Shown here: piece after piece, positions 60,219 through 64,000 of the stretch
Layout: every line of letters begins with the position of its first letter
Numbering within the stretch: the stretch's first letter is position 1
DNA from: Desulfovibrio sp.
Lineage (GTDB): Bacteria; Desulfobacterota; Desulfovibrionia; Desulfovibrionales; Desulfovibrionaceae
Assembly: GCA_031553235.1 (NCBI GenBank)
Contig: JAVBLS010000002.1
Span: 34,375-98,374 of the forward strand
Direction of reading: 5' to 3'
DNA length: 64,000 nucleotides
Notes under the pieces: model-generated
Databases searched by the model: none
Told to the model about the DNA's origin: nothing
The model's input: only the letters and a program-made list of their open reading frames with translations
Made by a program: the position numbers and the translations under genes

Positions 60219-60980
60219 TCACCACCAACGGATGAGATCCGTCACCTGCCGGCGGATCTCGATGAACTTCGGGTCCAGGAAATTTCTCGGCCTGGGCAGA
60301 TCCACAACGATTTCCGCCCGCACCTTCGTGGGTTTGGGGCTGAGAATCAGAATGCGCTCGGCAACGTACACCGCCTCCTCGATGTTGTGCGTCACAAAGA
60401 GAACCGTGCTTTTCAGGGTTTGCCAGAGCTTGACCAGCTCGTCCTCAAGATAGAAGCGCAGCTTGACGTCAAGCTGGCCGTAAGGCTCGTCCATGAGCAA
60501 AAGGTCGGGGTTGACGGCAAAGGCCCGGGCAATGGCCACCCGTTGCATCATACTTGCGGAAATTTGGTTGGGATAGAGATCTGCGGTATCGGACAAACCC
60601 ACCAGATCGAGAATGAGCTTCAGGCGCTCCCGGAGATCTTTGGCAGGCACGCCTTTGATTTTCATGCCGTAAGCCACGTTTTGCGAAACAGTCAGCCAGG
60701 GCAAGGCCGTGGGCTCCTGAAAGACGAAAGCCAGATTGTGCTTTTGCGGGTTGGCCGGCTCGCCGTCGATGTAGATGTCGCCCGCGGTCGTACCCGTCAG
60801 CTTCGACATACAGTTGAGAAACGTGGTTTTGCCGCAGCCTGTGGGTCCGACGATACAGACCAGCTCCCCTTTTTGTATATTGAAATTCACCTTGTCCAGC
60901 ACCACAAGATCGCCGTACTTTTTGGTCAGGTCGGCCACCCTGATCTTGGGGACGCTGCTTGTCACGGACGTTTGTTCCAT
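60219..60980 (-). CDS. ABC transporter ATP-binding protein (second ATPase)
   Basis: Walker A GPTGCGKTT, signature ISASMMQRVAIAR, Walker B LLMDEPYGQLD. Start trimmed to MEQTSV (AAGGAG SD 9 nt upstream). Confidence 0.8.
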   Translation of the reverse strand: MEQTSVTSSVPKIRVADLTKKYGDLVVLDKVNFNIQKGELVCIVGPTGCGKTTFLNCMSKLTGTTAGDIYIDGEPANPQKHNLAFVFQEPTALPWLTVSQNVAYGMKIKGVPAKDLRERLKLILDLVGLSDTADLYPNQISASMMQRVAIARAFAVNPDLLLMDEPYGQLDVKLRFYLEDELVKLWQTLKSTVLFVTHNIEEAVYVAERILILSPKPTKVRAEIVVDLPRPRNFLDPKFIEIRRQVTDLIRWW

Positions 60981-61120
60981 AAAGGGAAAACTCCTTGGCT
61001 TGCGGCGGATTACCCGGAAAGGGAATCTTCCACGCGCGTGGGTTGTGAGAACGTCTGGGGCGACTTCCGGAAGCGTGGAGTCCGGTGCCGGCCGAGAAGA
61101 AATATGCTGTCCAACAATCG

Positions 61121-61138
61121 CATGCACATTATGTGCCG
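61121..61138 (-). promoter_or_regulatory. sigma54 (-24/-12) promoter for the ABC transporter operon
   Basis: Minus strand reads cGGCACataatgTGCAt, with GG and GC correctly spaced (TGGCAC-N5-TTGCW register). About 130 nt upstream of the first ATPase start and ~150 bp downstream of the palindromic putative UAS. Confidence 0.55.
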
Positions 61139-61278
61139 TATTTCACAATCACAATCTAGATGTTTATAATTATACAATAAATTACTGATTTAAAAGAAAA
61201 ATACCACCTTCCACCGAGCCTGTCGACTGCCCTGAAAAAGCCCGGCTCTCTCTTCAAAGGGACGAAAAGAGCGTAAAT

Positions 61279-61317
61279 GCGACATTAGTGTCGCCAGCGC
61301 AGGAGCGACATGTCGTC
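61279..61317. promoter_or_regulatory. putative enhancer (UAS) palindromes for the sigma54 activator
   Basis: GCGACAttagTGTCGC (an inverted repeat with 4-bp spacer) and GCGACATGTCG lie between the EBP gene 3' end and the sigma54 promoter. Confidence 0.45.
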
Positions 61318-61417
61318 TTTTTCACGAAGAACATGCGCCGTACGCGCCGGCCAAATGTTGCAGCCCATTCGGTCGGCGCGTACGGCGCACAGGGTAAATA
61401 AATTTTATTTAATAAAA

Positions 61418-62899
61418 TCAGCGAGTCATACCGTATTTTTTCATTTTCCGCTGCAGGGTGCGCATAGTCACGCCCAAAGCTTCGGCCGCTTTGCCCTTAC
61501 GCCAATGGCAGGCATCCAGGGCGGCCTTGATGCGGTACTTCTCAAGCTCGCCGGTTGCGTCGCGCAGGCTGGGACCGAGGGCATCCTCTTCGTTCCCGCT
61601 CACCGCCGCACCCGGCGCATGCGGAGCGGCAAGCCCCACCCTTCCCGCAGCACCGCCGGAGCACAACCGTCTGGCCGCATAGGGATCGTGCCGGTCCTCC
61701 GCTGCGCAGAAGTCTATGCCGGGATCTCCGAAGGCCCAATACCGGTCCAAAGAGTTGTGCAGCTCCCGGATGTTCCCCGGCCAGGGATATTGTTCCATGT
61801 AGGCCAGCAGATCGGCAGGAATGGGCTCGGCAATGCCGCGTTGCCTGGCGTAGGCATCAACCAGCAGGGGCAGATCGCCGCGCCGGATACGCAGGGGCGG
61901 CACATGCACGGCCAGCACATGGATGCGGTAGAAAAAATCCTCACGGATCTCCCGTCTTTGCACCAGAGCGTGCAGATCCTGGTTGGTTGCCGAGATCAGT
62001 CGGAAATTCGAGCGCCTGGGCTCACTTGAGCCCACCTGGGTGTAGGTCTTGCTTTCAATGGCCCGGAGCAGCTTGACCTGGAGCTTCAGAGGCAGCTCGG
62101 CCACTTCGTCGAGAAACAGCGTACCACCGTCGGCCGCGGCCAGAAGCCCGGCATTGTTGCCCACGGCCCCGGAAAAAGCCCCGCGCACGTGGCCGAAAAA
62201 TTCGCTCTCCAACAGATTGTCGGGAATGGCCCCGCAGTTCACCGGCACATAGCGGCCCTTGACCCCGGAGAGATCATGAATAGTCTGCGCGGCCAGATCT
62301 TTGCCCACTCCGGTCTCACCGTACAGCACCACTCCGGCCTCGCTCTCGGCCGCCTTGATCAGCAGGCCGTACATGTGCTGCATGGCATCGCTCTTGCCGA
62401 TAATCTTGCCCAGGCCGTAAGCGCTCTTAATGGAACGGCGCAGAGCCCGGTTCTCGTTGCGCAGGCTCAATTCGCGGATTTTCTGATCCGTGACGTCCAT
62501 CATGATGCCTTCAACATAATGGCACTGTCCGCCGGGGTCATAGATGCCCTCGCCCTGGTCCCAGATCCACTTTTCCCGGCCCGAGGCCGGACGGATGCGA
62601 TAAAACAGCTCATAGGGCAGCCCGGCTGTGATGCTCTGGTGCATGTTTTCCCGTACCTGCGTTCTGTCCTCGTCGGGCATCATGCGCTCGATGATGTTTG
62701 AGGGGTTCTCGTAAATCTCTTCGGGCTCCAACTCCAGAATTCCCTTGCTGCCCTTGCTGACAAAGGTCAGGATGTAGTTGTCCCCTTCCTCCAGTCGACA
62801 CCGGTAGGCCAGGCCGGGTAGATGGTTGAGCAGCCGGGCCAGACTGCCTTCCACCTCGGCCAAGCGGGTTTGCATCTGCTCTATGGATGGAATGACCAT
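61418..62899 (-). CDS. sigma54-dependent transcriptional activator (PAS sensor + AAA+ sigma54-interaction + Fis-type HTH; no receiver domain)
   Basis: Motifs VVLYGETGVGKDL (Walker A), GAFSGA (variant of GAFTGA), ESELFGH-like, RELHN, and a C-terminal HTH (AAEALGVTMRTLQRKMKKYG). The N-terminal region is PAS-like. Confidence 0.85.
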   Translation of the reverse strand: MVIPSIEQMQTRLAEVEGSLARLLNHLPGLAYRCRLEEGDNYILTFVSKGSKGILELEPEEIYENPSNIIERMMPDEDRTQVRENMHQSITAGLPYELFYRIRPASGREKWIWDQGEGIYDPGGQCHYVEGIMMDVTDQKIRELSLRNENRALRRSIKSAYGLGKIIGKSDAMQHMYGLLIKAAESEAGVVLYGETGVGKDLAAQTIHDLSGVKGRYVPVNCGAIPDNLLESEFFGHVRGAFSGAVGNNAGLLAAADGGTLFLDEVAELPLKLQVKLLRAIESKTYTQVGSSEPRRSNFRLISATNQDLHALVQRREIREDFFYRIHVLAVHVPPLRIRRGDLPLLVDAYARQRGIAEPIPADLLAYMEQYPWPGNIRELHNSLDRYWAFGDPGIDFCAAEDRHDPYAARRLCSGGAAGRVGLAAPHAPGAAVSGNEEDALGPSLRDATGELEKYRIKAALDACHWRKGKAAEALGVTMRTLQRKMKKYGMTR

Positions 62900-63232
62900 A
62901 ACCTACCTCAAATGTCGATATTCGCGTCACATATGTCGCATATGTGCTGATTTCTGTCGGATTTGTCAAGTGCGAATTCCCACAAGCCCAACGCTTCAGG
63001 TGCATTAGTTCGTTTCCGGACGCCGGCGGCACGAAAAATGCTGTTGTCGCGACATAGGCGCGACATTTTAGAGCAATTCACGACAGAAATGAGTGGATTG
63101 TTCTGCAGGGATTTGGCTGCAAATCCTTGCCGTGAAATGCTTGTAGGCCGACTGTGCCGGCCGTCAAGCAAGCATTTCAAGAGCAAAATATTCTAGACGC
63201 CTTGCGAAAACACCTATGAGGGAGCAAGCATC

Positions 63233-63664
63233 ATGGCGGAACTATCGGTAACCTACGAACGAGCGGGCTCTGTGCAGACCATCCACACGGGTTCTGCCGT
63301 TCTCGGCGACCTGGTCGTCGACAACAGCGGGGTGCCCGAAGAGCAGCGCGGCGGCACGGCCAAGCAGCTTCTGGCCTCGGCTGCCCTGTACTGTTTCTGC
63401 GGCGCCCTGGCCAAGGCCCTGGAGGCGCGCGGCGCCAAATACGACAAAATCGTCGGCAAGGCGACCCTGGAAACCGGCCTGGACGAAAAGAAGCGCGCCC
63501 GCGTGGCCAAGATCGCCCTGGACGTGGCCGTGCGCATGGACGAAGAGTTCGGCTTCATCTTCGAGCGGGTCGAGAAAATCATGCAGCAGGGCTGCCTGGT
63601 CACCGCCTCTCTCGAAGGCGGCTTCCCCGTGACATACAAGCTGACCCACGAATTCGAGGAGTAG
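63233..63664 (+). CDS. OsmC/Ohr-family peroxiredoxin-like protein
   Basis: OsmC fold with the conserved Cys pair (LYCFCGALA ... QQGCLVTASL); 143 aa. Confidence 0.75.
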   Translation: MAELSVTYERAGSVQTIHTGSAVLGDLVVDNSGVPEEQRGGTAKQLLASAALYCFCGALAKALEARGAKYDKIVGKATLETGLDEKKRARVAKIALDVAVRMDEEFGFIFERVEKIMQQGCLVTASLEGGFPVTYKLTHEFEE

Positions 63665-63668
63665 CGGC

Positions 63669-63700
63669 GGGTTTGGGGGGGTCCCCCAAAACCCCCGCAG
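63669..63700 (+). terminator. GC-rich hairpin downstream of osmC-like gene
   Basis: GCGGGTTTGGGGGGGtcCCCCCAAAACCCCCGC is an imperfect long stem directly after the stop codon. Confidence 0.4.
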
Positions 63701-64000
63701 ATCAACCCCGGGGTGGTGGCGGCATACAACGTCTTGGCCCCCTTTGTAAGAGAATCTTACGAAACCAAACCCCCGTCGCTTACCGCCTACAACCGCTTTG
63801 TGAGCAACAATTTAAAGAAAATAAAGATACATTTAAGCAAAGACGAAGCCCGCTCCCGCAGCTGTGTCACAGCCGAATACAATGTATCCGAAGGCACCCT
63901 GCCCCCCATATAACTTTACTCTACCGGCAACCTACTAACCTCATACCTCCCACTGCCCCAGTAACTTGTTGTTAACCCCGATATCACCATCGGCGAGATA

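Noticed and set aside
59364-61169. 601-aa ORF on the + strand
   Set aside because: Antisense to two ABC permease/ATPase genes that have clear Walker/signature motifs on the minus strand. His/Gly/Asp-rich junk translation.
63673-63975. Small ORFs after osmC (100 aa and 66 aa)
   Set aside because: No SD and no motif. The window ends here, and the compositional shift might mark the start of another element that cannot be assessed.

Overview
High-GC (~63%) bacterial chromosome segment whose gene content looks like a sulfate-reducer of the Desulfovibrionaceae / Desulfobacterota type; this placement is tentative. The core is housekeeping.

Main contents, in order along the window:
- a GGDEF diguanylate cyclase; an ADP-forming acetyl-CoA synthetase with a DRTGG-domain partner; rnc; a flagellin gene with a textbook sigma54 -24/-12 promoter; a fetAB-like ABC exporter;
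- a minus-strand operon of MTase-nikR-folE2-trmL-cbiB; bioY plus an ECF-type ATPase; pyrB-pyrC; a nitroreductase-like protein; an HD-domain nucleotidyltransferase; pgm;
- a class-I fumarate hydratase (alpha/beta) with malic enzyme and yjbQ;
- a complete dcw cluster, mraZ-rsmH-ftsL-ftsI-murE-murF-mraY-murD-ftsW-murG-murC-murB-ftsQ-ftsA-ftsZ, with three GTGGG MraZ-operator repeats at 10-bp phasing and no ddl;
- an M16 peptidase and a CBM48 mini-protein;
- a small AT-rich islet carrying an excisionase-family HTH gene plus an unknown gene;
- NfeD, a truncated flotillin-like paralog, a full flotillin and a TPR lipoprotein;
- a uracil permease; an alkaline-phosphatase-family (NPP-like) enzyme next to a mini-paralog of its own C-terminus; a BCCT-transporter pseudogene;
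- a two-ATPase/two-permease NitT/TauT-type ABC importer driven by a sigma54 promoter and a PAS-containing enhancer-binding protein; osmC.

The most unusual items are:
- a ~110-nt dispersed repeat family, three copies in 64 kb, with conserved hairpins and G-U-compatible substitutions, suggesting a structured RNA or a novel miniature repeat;
- a recurrent TGTCGC/GCGACAT palindromic motif family clustered in intergenic regions around the sigma54-regulated locus;
- the HTH + unknown gene pair in the AT-rich islet;
- the short flotillin-like paralog.

No rRNA, tRNA or CRISPR array was detected.
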